From Candidatus Bathyarchaeota archaeon (GTDB taxonomy: Archaea > Thermoproteota > Bathyarchaeia > Bathyarchaeales > Bathycorpusculaceae), in NCBI GenBank assembly GCA_963833575.1, contig CAWHXY010000008.1, forward strand, positions 1 to 64,000: a stretch of 64,000 bases of DNA. Direction: 5' to 3'. A program made the translations under genes and the position numbers. Position 1 is the first letter of the stretch. Each line of letters begins with the position of its first letter. Under the pieces are notes generated by a model, which worked only from the letters and a program-made list of their open reading frames with translations, was not told the DNA's origin and did not search any database. Positions 40,418 through 51,211 of this stretch are shown in pieces.

Positions 40418-43027
40418 TTGAAAACAATGAATAAACTGAAAATAATATTTACAATCTTATTTGTTACACTTGCACTTGTTGCAATAATAGGATACGCCAA
40501 AGCGGCTGGTTCACCTTCGACTACGACGACTGTGCTTTCTTCGTCTTCTATTACGTTTGGTGGTTCTGTTACGGATACGGCGACTGTTACGTCTGGCGCT
40601 ACCGGTTTGGTTGATTTTTTGGTCTCGTCTAACGGTGGTTCCACTTTTTATCAATATGACGTTCAGACTTTATCTGGAAGTTCTGCTACTTCTACACCGT
40701 ATTATCCGACTAATTCTGGCACCTATTACTTTAGAGCTATTTATGTTGGCGATACACTATATGCTGGTTCTCAGAGTGGTGACACCGCTGAGCTTTTGAC
40801 GGTGAATAAGGCTGCTTCGACTACGACGACTGTGCTTTCTTCGTCTTCTATTGCGTTTGGTGGTTCTGTTACGGATACGGCGACTGTTACGTCTGGCGCT
40901 ACCGGTGTGGTTGATTTTTTGGTCTCGTCTAACGGTGGTTCTACTTGGTTCCAATATGACGTTCAGACTTTATCTGGAAGTTCTGCTACTTCTGCCCCAT
41001 ATTATCCGCCTAATTCTGGCACTTACTATTTTGTGGCTAGTTACACTGGGAGTGGACAGTATGCTGTTTCTCAGAGTGGTGACACCGCTGAGCTTTTGAC
41101 GGTGAATAAGGCTGCTTCGACTACGACGACTGTGCTTTCTTCGTCTTCTATTGCGTTTGGTGGTTCTGTTACGGATACGGCGACTGTTACGTCTGGCGCT
41201 ACCGGTGTGGTTGATTTTTTGGTCTCGTCTAACGGTGGTTCTACTTGGTTCCAATATGACGTTCAGACTTTATCTGGAAGTTCTGCTACTTCTGCCCCAT
41301 ATACTCCTGCTTCTCACGGCACTTACTACTTTATGGCTAGTTACACTGGGAGTGGACAGTATGCTGTTTCTCAGAGTGGTGACACAGCCGAGCCATTGGT
41401 GGTTCACACAACGACCGTCGCTAGTGTAGCGATTACTCCTGCTGCAGCGACGATAAACGCTGGCAGTTCTCAGACTTATACGGCCACTGCTTACGATCAG
41501 TACAATGATGGTTGGGACGTAACTTCATCTACAACTTGGAGTATAAGTCCAGCCGCATTAGGTTCGTGGAACAGTAACGTTTACACTTCAGCGAATGCTG
41601 GAACTTGGACTATTACCGGCACCTATGCTTCTACGCCCTACACAACTACTTTGACGGTTAATCCGGCTGCTATCAGTCGCTTTGTTTTTAACACTGTTGG
41701 TTTACAGGTTGCGGGTACGCCGTTTAGCATAACAATTACAGCTGTGGACGCTTCAGGAAACTCAGTCGCAAGTTACAGCGGCGCTCCCACTTTGAGTTAC
41801 TCTGCTGGATCCATTTCGCCATCTTCTGCAACTGGAGGTTTCTCTAACGGTGTTTGGACAGGAATGGTTAGCGTGACTGCTGCGGGTTCAAGCGTTACTC
41901 TTGGTGTGAATGATGGTAGTTCCCATACTGGAACGAGTAACACCTTTACTGTTAATCCGGGTGTTGCTGTGAGCGTAGCTGTATCTCCTAGCTCGGCGAC
42001 TATTAACGCTGGAAACACAGAAACTTACACGGCAACGGCTTCTGACGCTTATGGTAACACTTGGGATATAACTTCTACAACAACTTGGAGCATAAGCTCC
42101 GGTGCTGGAGGTTCATGGAATAACAATGTTTACACTTCTGCAACTGTCGGCTCCTGGACGGTAACTGCACAGTATAACGGACTGCAAGGCACAGCTCAAC
42201 TAATTGTTAACTCTACGCTAGGTGCTCCAACCGTGTCTACTTCCGCAAGTACGGTTGATCAGGGTCAAACTTCAGCTTTAACTTCGACGTCAGTTACGAA
42301 CGGCGCTAGTCCATACACGTATCAATGGTTTGAGGAGATTCCAAGTGCGAATTTTTATTCGGCAATTAGCGGTGCGACATCAACCAGTTATTCTTTTGTT
42401 CCTACGAGTTCTAACGCTACAGGTGTTTACAGTTTTAAGCTTCAGGTCACTGATGCAGCTTTGGCAGTGATCACTTCAAACTCTGTCTCGATTACTGTGA
42501 ATACTGCTCCGACTGTTACTGTTTCACCTGCTTCTTGGACTATGAATGTTGGTCAGTCTCAGACGTTCACAGCAACTCCTATTGGCGGTTCTGGCACTTA
42601 CACAAGTTATCAGTGGTTTATAGGCGGATTAGCACAGGCTGGTCAGAATGCATCAACATTGAGCTACTCTCCTGCTTCTTCGGGTTATTACTCGATCACA
42701 GTTACTGTTACTGACAGTTTAGGCGCAACTTCAGTTCAGTCAAGTGCGGCGACGGTTATGGCTTCAGTTCTTGTGAGTACAACTCCAACTTCAACACCAG
42801 TACCAACAGCAAAACCAACTGCAACTCCAACCCCTACCCCAACCCCAACAGCAAAACCAACTGCAACTCCAACATTAACGCCTACAGCAACTGCAGCGGC
42901 ATTTGTTTTCAGTGCAATTGATTGGCTCATAACAGTCATCGTTATCATCATAGTGTTGATACTCATAATCCTCGTATGGTTCAGAAGATTCCGCAAGCCG
43001 AAGCCTCAACAAACCCCAAAAAAATAA
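40418..43027 (+). CDS. S/T-rich cell-surface protein with Ig-like repeats, PKD-like domains, Pro/Thr linker and C-terminal TM anchor
   Basis: Signal peptide; three 100-aa repeats; YxYQW domains; hydrophobic tail + RRFRK. Confidence 0.88.
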   Translation: MKTMNKLKIIFTILFVTLALVAIIGYAKAAGSPSTTTTVLSSSSITFGGSVTDTATVTSGATGLVDFLVSSNGGSTFYQYDVQTLSGSSATSTPYYPTNSGTYYFRAIYVGDTLYAGSQSGDTAELLTVNKAASTTTTVLSSSSIAFGGSVTDTATVTSGATGVVDFLVSSNGGSTWFQYDVQTLSGSSATSAPYYPPNSGTYYFVASYTGSGQYAVSQSGDTAELLTVNKAASTTTTVLSSSSIAFGGSVTDTATVTSGATGVVDFLVSSNGGSTWFQYDVQTLSGSSATSAPYTPASHGTYYFMASYTGSGQYAVSQSGDTAEPLVVHTTTVASVAITPAAATINAGSSQTYTATAYDQYNDGWDVTSSTTWSISPAALGSWNSNVYTSANAGTWTITGTYASTPYTTTLTVNPAAISRFVFNTVGLQVAGTPFSITITAVDASGNSVASYSGAPTLSYSAGSISPSSATGGFSNGVWTGMVSVTAAGSSVTLGVNDGSSHTGTSNTFTVNPGVAVSVAVSPSSATINAGNTETYTATASDAYGNTWDITSTTTWSISSGAGGSWNNNVYTSATVGSWTVTAQYNGLQGTAQLIVNSTLGAPTVSTSASTVDQGQTSALTSTSVTNGASPYTYQWFEEIPSANFYSAISGATSTSYSFVPTSSNATGVYSFKLQVTDAALAVITSNSVSITVNTAPTVTVSPASWTMNVGQSQTFTATPIGGSGTYTSYQWFIGGLAQAGQNASTLSYSPASSGYYSITVTVTDSLGATSVQSSAATVMASVLVSTTPTSTPVPTAKPTATPTPTPTPTAKPTATPTLTPTATAAAFVFSAIDWLITVIVIIIVLILIILVWFRRFRKPKPQQTPKK
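40515..41384 (+). repeat. 300-bp coding tandem repeat, three copies
   Basis: cttcgactacgacgactgtgc starts at 40515, 40815 and 41115. Confidence 0.95.
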
Positions 43028-43394
43028 GCTGACAGAATTCAAACGGGGAAAGCATATCCCCTTTTCCATTTTTTAAGATCTTTTTGAAGTACTTTACAAA
43101 CTATAAGCTTACAGTTCATTCGTATTTCAAAGAGAGTATTTTCGCTAAAAACCATCTTCACACCAAACTTCGTTAATGCTCCTGAAGAACCTGTATACAA
43201 CCGGTTCTCCTCAAGAGTTAATGCTTTCACATTTAACTATGATTTACCCAAGATATTTTATTTCAAAAGAATTATACTTAAAGGTCATTTTACCATCGCT
43301 GTTTGTACTATTTGAGCAATTTAGAAGATTCAGTTGATATGTTGACTTTTCATGCCCACCGCGCTATTGAGTTTAACCCAGTAGGTTACAAGTT

Positions 43395-44435
43395 ATGACG
43401 GAAAATGAAGTTAATACTGTTGAATCCCCCGAAGTAAGCGTCATTTTGGCAACAAAAGGCGACAAGTTGGGCTTTTTGAAAAATTGCTTAGAGTCATTGA
43501 AAAAACAGAAGTTTAGATCCTTCGAAATTATTGTTGTTTCTAAAAGGTTCCCTGAACAACTTAAAGATTTTTTTGAAAGCGAACATATTAGATTTCTCGA
43601 AGAAAAAGGATCGACCTTAGGTGCAGCCAGAAACTTGGGTGTTAGGAACGCCAAAGGAAAATTGGTTTCTTTCATCGATGATGATGCTGAAGCATCGGTG
43701 GATTGGCTTGATAAAATATCTATGACTTTTTCCCGTTTTCCTTCATTGTGTTGTTTGGGTGGACCACATTTTACTCCTCAAGAAGAATCAGAAAAGAACC
43801 CGCTAAGATTTGTCGAGGGTTCATTTGGGGAGGCTCATTTACAAAAAACTTACTTTGACAAATCAGCTGTTGGAAAGATTGCAGGTTGTAACGTGACGTA
43901 CAAAAGATCTGTCTTTCAGGAAATAGGTTATTTAAATGAGAATTTAAAAACGTGCGAAGATTGGGAGTTCAATAGACGATTATTGGAAAACGGATATAGT
44001 TTGCGCTTTGATTCAGAAATTTGGGTCTTGCACCATAGACAGGGGCTAAAGCATGCTTTTCAAGGCAGTTCGAAAAGCGCACCCTTTTTCTTGTCTTGGA
44101 AAACTCTCAAACTTTCGAGGTACGACTCTCTTCTTGCTTCATTCTATGGTACAAATTTGGTTTTTATTTTGCTTCTTATTATTCTTTTTATTTCTCCTTA
44201 TCTCTTTGTTTTGATATTCTTTTCATTTTTGGTGGGGTATGTAATTTTTACTGCAGTAAGAACAAAGACATATGATCGTAAGATTTTTTATTTTCCTTTG
44301 GCGATTTTGTTTACAATAGCAAGAATACTGGGTTTCTATTTTGGGCTGCTCAAGTACGCGGCAATTAAGTTGCACACACATTTTGCACGTCCCGCTTCGC
44401 TTGTTGAACAATCTTCGTCGAGTCAATCCTTGTAA
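43395..44435 (+). CDS. GT2 glycosyltransferase with C-terminal TM helices
   Basis: ARNLG, FIDDD, GCN, EDWEF. Confidence 0.9.
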   Translation: MTENEVNTVESPEVSVILATKGDKLGFLKNCLESLKKQKFRSFEIIVVSKRFPEQLKDFFESEHIRFLEEKGSTLGAARNLGVRNAKGKLVSFIDDDAEASVDWLDKISMTFSRFPSLCCLGGPHFTPQEESEKNPLRFVEGSFGEAHLQKTYFDKSAVGKIAGCNVTYKRSVFQEIGYLNENLKTCEDWEFNRRLLENGYSLRFDSEIWVLHHRQGLKHAFQGSSKSAPFFLSWKTLKLSRYDSLLASFYGTNLVFILLLIILFISPYLFVLIFFSFLVGYVIFTAVRTKTYDRKIFYFPLAILFTIARILGFYFGLLKYAAIKLHTHFARPASLVEQSSSSQSL

Positions 44436-44845
44436 TATTTTGCAAAAGCGGTATTACGCATAGAGAAAACCTTGGCTACTTATGGATCGAGCAATCATTG
44501 ACGGGTTATAGGGACATTATTCCAATCATAGATACGGCGTCACTGATGCTCATAAGCACAAGTTCCCCGGCGGGACATTTTTCTGTGGTCTAGATGTAGC
44601 TGCAAGAGCTATGAACGAACGCACAGAAAGTTAATCCTTTCTGATACTACTACAAATAACTTTTTCAAACATTGATTGGCAATGTTGCATTTTCTTAAGG
44701 GCACACAACTAGTTATAGGCAGGAAAATTGTGTGACATTATTCGAAATCCGCTGTTTTTCTTTAGTTAATAAAAGAGTTGCCCCATCCGATAAAGTATCG
44801 ATTTAAAGAACCGACTCTTATGGTTCGAAGCTAATTGATATTGAG

Positions 44846-47800
44846 TTGATGCTGAACATGAGAAAAGTCATGATGATTATACCAGTTTTGACTATACTTG
44901 CGGATATTGCAATTTTGTTTGACATCCCAGTTCTTAGAGAAATCATTGTCTTTATCTTTTTATCATTTATACCTGGATTTGCACTTCTCAGACTGTTCAA
45001 ACTGAAAGAGATCAGTCTTCTAGACACTGTTTTGTTCTCGGTAGCTCTGAGCATTACTTTTGTAATGCTTTTGGGTTTGTTAATTAATGAGCTTTATCTG
45101 TATCTTGGCTTTTCCCAACCTTTGTCGACTATTCCATTGACGGTTGGAATTTCTGTTTTTACATTGGCTGCTTTTTTAATCGAATATAGGCGCGATTTGT
45201 CAGAGACTTTGAAGCAGAAAACAAGTTCTGAAGGCAAACTAAGAAATGTTTTTCCTTTGTCCATAATCCTGATTCTTCTACCTCTTATCAGTGCACTAGG
45301 TGTTTTGTATCTTAATGTTCCCCTTATTCTCATTTCATACGCAATAATCGCGGCTTTATGTGTTATGTGCGCGTTGTCCAGAAGAGTGGTTCCAGAAAAC
45401 TTATTCCCTTTTTTAATTTTTTCAATTTCTATAGCTCTTGTTTGTCAAGTTCCGTTAACTTCAAAATATATTATAGGCTCCGACACTAACCTTGAATATT
45501 ACGTTTTCAGGTTAACCCAGATAAATGGAAACTGGGGTTTTCTTAATGCACAGGTTAACTCGTTGGCAGCGCTAACCTATGACTCCATGCTATCAATTAC
45601 CTTGTTGCCAGCAGTCTATTCCGCTCTAATGCATGCTCAGGGCGAAATAGTATTCAAACTCTTTTACTCTTTCATTTTTTGTTTCATACCATTAACTATG
45701 TACAGAATTTGCGAAAAACAGTTCGGAAAACTAATTGGTCTTTTCTCCGCGCTCTTCTTTGTTTTCACTGTTACAGCTTTTTACGGAGTTGTGCCATTAA
45801 GTGTTGACAGACAAATTGTCGGCGAGCTTTTTCTCATGCTCTCTGTTTTCTTATTGATAAACAAAACCATCCCAGTAACAAAACGAAGGTTGCTCTTGAT
45901 AATTTTTGGAGCCGCTTTAGTACTATCACATTACTCCCTTGCTTATATTTTTCTAGCAATTGTAGCCGTTGTTTTCATCATCTCAAAAGCCAAGCTCAAA
46001 TTTGATGATACACTTAACACTGTGACTGTATTGTTTCTTTTTGTGATTACTTTCACATGGTACTCTTTAGGGCCTAACTCGCCACTGATATCATTGACTA
46101 ACGTCTTTAAATTAACTTTCGCGGAGCTAACTTCAGGTGTACAGTCTGCTAATGCGCTTGGAAGTACAGCATCTAGTAGTGTGCTCGCAGTTCCTCAAGT
46201 TTTTACTGCAGCCAGCTGGATTAATCTATTTCTGTCGGGTATTGCAAATTTCTTCTTAATAATAGGAGTTCTCTCAATAGTATTGAGACCAAAAGAAAAA
46301 GGCATTTTAGAACAGTACAAAATAATGACACTTGTAGCTGCAATCATCCTTGTCGCTTCGCTTATTGCCCCAAGCATTGCCCAAATTCTCAATTTCACCA
46401 GATTCTACGGAATAACTTTGCTAGTCTTGTCGCCTTGCTTTGTCCTAGGGGGCCAAACTATTCTGACAACAATTGGAAAAGCATGGACAAAAACTGAGCG
46501 ACGTCTAAAACCTCAGGTTGTCTCAAAAAGTAAGAAGATGGACATAGTGCTCTTGTTAATTGCAATTTTGCTAAGTGCCTATTTCCTATCGCAAGTTGGT
46601 TTTATCAATAGCGTTACCAATGGTGCCATCCACTCTTATTCACTTGATTTTAATAGAATGCTCACATCGAACGATGTCCAAGTCAAAATTAATCTTTACG
46701 AAAGTTACATTCCAGTGCAAGATGTATTTAGTGCAACTTGGTTATCAAACCATAAAGTTGAAACAACAAAGGTCTTCGCTGATTCTCTTTCTGAATCTCA
46801 TGTACTTTGGAGCTACGGTTTAATTCCAAACGAACTATTACTTAAATTAGATAATACAACGAATCCAACGCAAGATAGCTTCATTTACTTAGGAAGTTTA
46901 AATGTACTGAATGGTGTAATGACTACCCACAGTGGATCATTCAACACATCTAAAATTTCGTTTCTTCTCGATCAAAACAATCTAGTGTATTCAAATGGCA
47001 ATAGTAAGATATGGTATGTTGCTAACGCTCGTGCTGGTTCTCAGATTGGTAACACATCTGAGCCTTCAACGGTGAATAAGGCTAATTTGCCTTCGACTAC
47101 GACGACTGTGCTTTCTTCGTCTTCTATTGCGTTTGGTGGTTCTGTTACGGATACGGCGACTGTTGCGCCTGGTGGTACTGGCTCGGTTACTTTTTGGGTT
47201 TCAAGTAATGGTGGTTCTTCTTGGGTTCAATATGATGGTGAGACTTTGTCGGGTGGTTCTGCTACTTCTGCTTCATATACTCCGTTTAGTTCTGGCACTT
47301 ATTACTTTAGGGCTGTTTATTCTGGGGATGCGCAGTATGCTGGTTCTCAGAGTGGTGACACCGCTGAGCTTTTGACGGTGAATAAGGCTAATTTGCCTTC
47401 GACTACGACGACTGTGCTTTCTTCGTCTTCTATTGCGTTTGGTGGTTCTGTTACGGATACGGCGACTGTTGCGCCTGGTGGTACTGGCTCGGTTACTTTT
47501 TGGGTTTCAAGTAATGGTGGTTCTTCTTGGGTTCAATATGATGGTGAGACTTTGTCGGGTGGTTCTGCTACTTCTGCTTCATATACTCCGTTTAGTTCTG
47601 GCACTTATTACTTTAGGGCTGTTTATTCTGGGGATGCGCAGTATGCTGGTTCTCAGAGTGGTGACACCGCTGAGCTTTTGACGGTGAATAAGGCTAATTT
47701 GCCTTCGACTACGACGACTGTGCTTTCTTCGTCTTCTATTGCGTTTGGTGGTTCTGTTACGGATACGGCGACTGTTGCGCCTGGTGGTACTGGCTCGGTT

Positions 47801-48304
47801 ACTTTTTGGGTTTCAAGTAATGGTGGTTCTTCTTGGGTTCAATATGATGGTGAGACTTTGTCGGGTGGTTCTGCTACTTCTGCTTCATATACTCCGTTTA
47901 GTTCTGGCACTTATTACTTTAGGGCTGTTTATTCTGGGGATGCGCAGTATGCTGGTTCTCAGAGTGGTGACACCGCTGAGCTTTTGACGGTGAATAAGGC
48001 TAATTTGCCTTCGACTACGACGACTGTGCTTTCTTCGTCTTCTATTGCGTTTGGTGGTTCTGTTACGGATACGGCGACTGTTGCGCCTGGTGGTACTGGC
48101 TCGGTTACTTTTTGGGTTTCAAGTAATGGTGGTTCTTCTTGGGTTCAATATGATGGTGAGACTTTGTCGGGTGGTTCTGCTACTTCTGCTTCATATACTC
48201 CGTTTAGTTCTGGCACTTATTACTTTAGGGCTGTTTATTCTGGGGATGCGCAGTATGCTGGTTCTCAGAGTGGTGACACCGCTGAGCGTTTGGTCGTTCA
48301 TTAG
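44846..48304 (+). CDS. DUF2206-like multi-pass membrane protein fused to four Ig-like repeats
   Basis: FIPGF, IIGSDxxLEY, RQIVGE, SHYS, RFY and LVYSNG motifs; then 4 x 102-aa repeats. Confidence 0.8.
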   Translation: MMLNMRKVMMIIPVLTILADIAILFDIPVLREIIVFIFLSFIPGFALLRLFKLKEISLLDTVLFSVALSITFVMLLGLLINELYLYLGFSQPLSTIPLTVGISVFTLAAFLIEYRRDLSETLKQKTSSEGKLRNVFPLSIILILLPLISALGVLYLNVPLILISYAIIAALCVMCALSRRVVPENLFPFLIFSISIALVCQVPLTSKYIIGSDTNLEYYVFRLTQINGNWGFLNAQVNSLAALTYDSMLSITLLPAVYSALMHAQGEIVFKLFYSFIFCFIPLTMYRICEKQFGKLIGLFSALFFVFTVTAFYGVVPLSVDRQIVGELFLMLSVFLLINKTIPVTKRRLLLIIFGAALVLSHYSLAYIFLAIVAVVFIISKAKLKFDDTLNTVTVLFLFVITFTWYSLGPNSPLISLTNVFKLTFAELTSGVQSANALGSTASSSVLAVPQVFTAASWINLFLSGIANFFLIIGVLSIVLRPKEKGILEQYKIMTLVAAIILVASLIAPSIAQILNFTRFYGITLLVLSPCFVLGGQTILTTIGKAWTKTERRLKPQVVSKSKKMDIVLLLIAILLSAYFLSQVGFINSVTNGAIHSYSLDFNRMLTSNDVQVKINLYESYIPVQDVFSATWLSNHKVETTKVFADSLSESHVLWSYGLIPNELLLKLDNTTNPTQDSFIYLGSLNVLNGVMTTHSGSFNTSKISFLLDQNNLVYSNGNSKIWYVANARAGSQIGNTSEPSTVNKANLPSTTTTVLSSSSIAFGGSVTDTATVAPGGTGSVTFWVSSNGGSSWVQYDGETLSGGSATSASYTPFSSGTYYFRAVYSGDAQYAGSQSGDTAELLTVNKANLPSTTTTVLSSSSIAFGGSVTDTATVAPGGTGSVTFWVSSNGGSSWVQYDGETLSGGSATSASYTPFSSGTYYFRAVYSGDAQYAGSQSGDTAELLTVNKANLPSTTTTVLSSSSIAFGGSVTDTATVAPGGTGSVTFWVSSNGGSSWVQYDGETLSGGSATSASYTPFSSGTYYFRAVYSGDAQYAGSQSGDTAELLTVNKANLPSTTTTVLSSSSIAFGGSVTDTATVAPGGTGSVTFWVSSNGGSSWVQYDGETLSGGSATSASYTPFSSGTYYFRAVYSGDAQYAGSQSGDTAERLVVH
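47069..48287 (+). repeat. 306-bp coding tandem repeat, four apparently identical copies
   Basis: acggtgaataaggctaatttgcc starts at 47069, 47375, 47681 and 47987. Confidence 0.95.
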
Positions 48305-48318
48305 ACCTATTAGTGCGC

Positions 48319-48379
48319 GCTTGTAGTTATTGACAACGGCTCAAAGGGCAATGATGCTGAAGTTATAAAAGAAAAATTT
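48319..48379 (+). repeat. Orphan 61-bp copy of an internal fragment of the GT2 gene (50014-50074)
   Basis: gcttgtagttattgacaacggctcaaagggcaatgatgctgaagttataaaagaaaaattt at both positions. Confidence 0.9.
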
Positions 48380-48548
48380 TGGAGGTTAGTTTGAGTGTAT
48401 ATTCAAGTGGTAATAGTGACATACTGTATATACTCCTGCCCATTGATTCATTGCAAGAATATCCAATTATTTTGAACATGAAAGGACAAAATAAGAAAAG
48501 GTAATAAGCGCGCCAGCTATTTCTGTTGCAAAAACTAATCTAGCCAGT

Positions 48549-49517
48549 ATGTGGATAATCATGGCGATAAATCTCTTAAAAAGAAAAGTGGGAGACTTAG
48601 TCGCGTACAGCCTCTCATTGACTTTGCCGAGGAAAGTGATGAAGGATAGTCGTTACTTCTATCTCTGGGAGAAGAGAGGTTTCCACGTTACACCCATAGA
48701 TTACTATTTTCCTATTCCTGACACCAGAGAATTGGGAGATGAACTATGGACGCAACACTCTGATATGGTGGGTGTTGATTTAAATGAAGGCGGTCAACTC
48801 AGGCTTCTAGAGTTGTTCTTATCTCAATTCAAGAATGAATATGACGGCTTTCCACTACAAAAAACGACGACACCGTACAGATACTACATTAACAATGGAG
48901 CAATTGGAAGTGTGGATGGCGAAATACTCTATTGTATGGTTCGCCACTTCAAACCAAAGAGAGTAATTGAAATAGGCTCAGGAAATTCTACATATCTCTT
49001 TGCGGAAGCAATTCTAAAGAACAAAGAGGAAAATCCGAACTACGACTGCAAGTTAACTGCAATTGAACCATATCCTAACCCTGTTCTCAAGAAAGGATTT
49101 CCCGGATTGTCAGAACTGATTCCAAGGCGCATCCAGACCCTTCCTCTGACAGATTTTATGAAACTGAATGAAAATGACATTCTATTTATTGACTCTACAC
49201 ATGTTTTGCAAGTTGGAAGTGATGTTAGATACGAATATTTGGAGATATTACCCCGACTAAAAAATGGCGTAATAGTTCATGCACACGACATTTTTCTTCC
49301 TGCAGAATATCCCAAGGAGTGGGTTCGGAAGAAGGCCATATTCTGGAATGAGCAATATATGCTTCAAGCTTTTCTTAGTTTCAATAATGGCTTTGAAGTA
49401 CTATGGGCTGGGAGCTACATGCATCTAAAAAACCCCGATAAATTAGAGGAAGCTTTTCGTTCATACAAGAGAAACGAAAGGCGCCCAGGCAGCTTTTGGA
49501 TTAGACGAGTCAAATAG
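48549..49517 (+). CDS. Class I SAM-dependent methyltransferase (Methyltransf_24-like)
   Basis: IEIGSGNST, FIDSTH, HAHDIF, WNEQY. Confidence 0.88.
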   Translation: MWIIMAINLLKRKVGDLVAYSLSLTLPRKVMKDSRYFYLWEKRGFHVTPIDYYFPIPDTRELGDELWTQHSDMVGVDLNEGGQLRLLELFLSQFKNEYDGFPLQKTTTPYRYYINNGAIGSVDGEILYCMVRHFKPKRVIEIGSGNSTYLFAEAILKNKEENPNYDCKLTAIEPYPNPVLKKGFPGLSELIPRRIQTLPLTDFMKLNENDILFIDSTHVLQVGSDVRYEYLEILPRLKNGVIVHAHDIFLPAEYPKEWVRKKAIFWNEQYMLQAFLSFNNGFEVLWAGSYMHLKNPDKLEEAFRSYKRNERRPGSFWIRRVK

Positions 49518-49903
49518 CTTGATGTGAGCTAAAAGTGCGCGTTTTAACAAATATCCATCTCAAGCTAACCTTGCGCGACACAATCACAATTTTGATACGA
49601 CAAACTCAACTTTTCATCAATTTCTTCATTAGTAAACCTTTGTTTTTAGTTATTTATCGCCTTTTGTAACTGTATTATTGGCCCTTAGAATTCTTAACCA
49701 GAATTATTTTACCGAGTGTTGAAACTTAGCTCGCAACGCGCTCAAAACATTCTTTGCTCAGAAAGAGAGCAATGAGTCTTGGAATATCTATTTACTCTCA
49801 CCAGGCTTTTCAAACTCGGTGTTTATTTTCTTGGCTGTTGAGCGGGCACTTAATATGTCAGATAGGTCATTTCTCAGAGTAAATTGTTTAGAGGCAAGTA
49901 TCT

Positions 49904-50830
49904 ATGCAGGCTGTTTGTCCTAAGGTAGCGATTGTAATACTTAATTGGAATGGGTTATCTGACACTTTAGAATGCTTAGAGTCTCTTAAGACGGTTGTAT
50001 ATCCAAACTATGAGCTTGTAGTTATTGACAACGGCTCAAAGGGCAATGATGCTGAAGTTATAAAAGAAAAATTTGGAGCTTTCGTTTCCGTCGTGGAAGA
50101 AGAAAAAAACCTTGGTTTTGTAGGTGGTTGCAACGTTGGGATCCGTTGGGGGCTCCACTTTGGTGCTAAATACATTCTTCTGTTGAATAACGACACCGTT
50201 GTGGATCCTTGCTTTTTATCTGAATTGGTCGATGTTGCTCAAAATGATGTGCAAATTGGAATAGTTGGTCCAAAGGTTTACTATTATGGTCAACCCACAA
50301 GAGATGCCACCGCTGGTGGCAAGGTGAATTTTTGGACCGGCAATACCCCTCTTTTTAGAAAAAGTGCAACTGATGATGGGCAATTCGATAACATTGAAGA
50401 GGTTGATTTTGTTTCTGGTTGTGCCTTGTTAATAAAAGAAGAAACGATTCGGCGGATTGGTCTCTTAAATGAAATGTATTTTGCTTATTATGAAGAAACA
50501 GAATGGTGCACAAAGGCAAAGAAAGCAGGATTTAAAGTAGTTTATGTGCCGAAGGCAAAAATTTGGCACAAAGCACAAACGAGGACAAGTGAATTGGCCA
50601 TGTATCTTATGACTCGAAATCGATTCTTGTTTGTGAAAAGAAACTCTAGCAGCTTTCAACTAATCATTTTCAACATTTTTTTTCTAACGACCGATCTAAT
50701 ACTTCAAATGTACAGGAAGCTCTTCTTGAAGCCAAAGTTGTTTGTTGCATATCTTAAAGGTGTTCGCGACGGTTTACGCTTGCTTGCCTACCCTAAACAA
50801 AGCAAAGATGCTTGGAAAATACGTGCGTAA
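49904..50830 (+). CDS. GT2 glycosyltransferase (rhamnosyltransferase-like)
   Basis: ILNWNG, DNGS, NLGFVGGCN, LLNND, SGCALL, FAYYEE. Confidence 0.92.
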   Translation: MQAVCPKVAIVILNWNGLSDTLECLESLKTVVYPNYELVVIDNGSKGNDAEVIKEKFGAFVSVVEEEKNLGFVGGCNVGIRWGLHFGAKYILLLNNDTVVDPCFLSELVDVAQNDVQIGIVGPKVYYYGQPTRDATAGGKVNFWTGNTPLFRKSATDDGQFDNIEEVDFVSGCALLIKEETIRRIGLLNEMYFAYYEETEWCTKAKKAGFKVVYVPKAKIWHKAQTRTSELAMYLMTRNRFLFVKRNSSSFQLIIFNIFFLTTDLILQMYRKLFLKPKLFVAYLKGVRDGLRLLAYPKQSKDAWKIRA

Positions 50831-51211
50831 CAATTGAAGAGGAAAATTTTGTTAAGGAATAATGTCTTCCTAAAAGTTTATTAGGAAAAAGTTCTGCATT
50901 GGACAGACCCTATGTAGTTGGCGAGTTAGATCTAGGTTTTATGAAACCTAAAATTCCTAAATCTATTGAAAAGATCTTCTTTGGTTATTAATAGGTTTTC
51001 AGTTTGAGGTTAAAAATAGTTTCATCACTGTCTTTGACTTAGCATTCAGAATTATCTTGGGGAGTTCTAAACAAATTTCTCATTTTCATTATTAAAGTAT
51101 TGTAGTCTCAACTGAGAACAATTGGCTGCAAACAAGTTTTTGACAAAGATAATAAGAAACTTTATATTAAATTTATTCATACGTTCGCAGTAAGAACTTG
51201 AGTGAGACTCT

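Noticed and set aside
40557-48326. Repeated 80-93 aa ORFs (MRLVVLLRIRR...)
   Set aside because: Alternate-frame shadows of the 300/306-bp coding repeats
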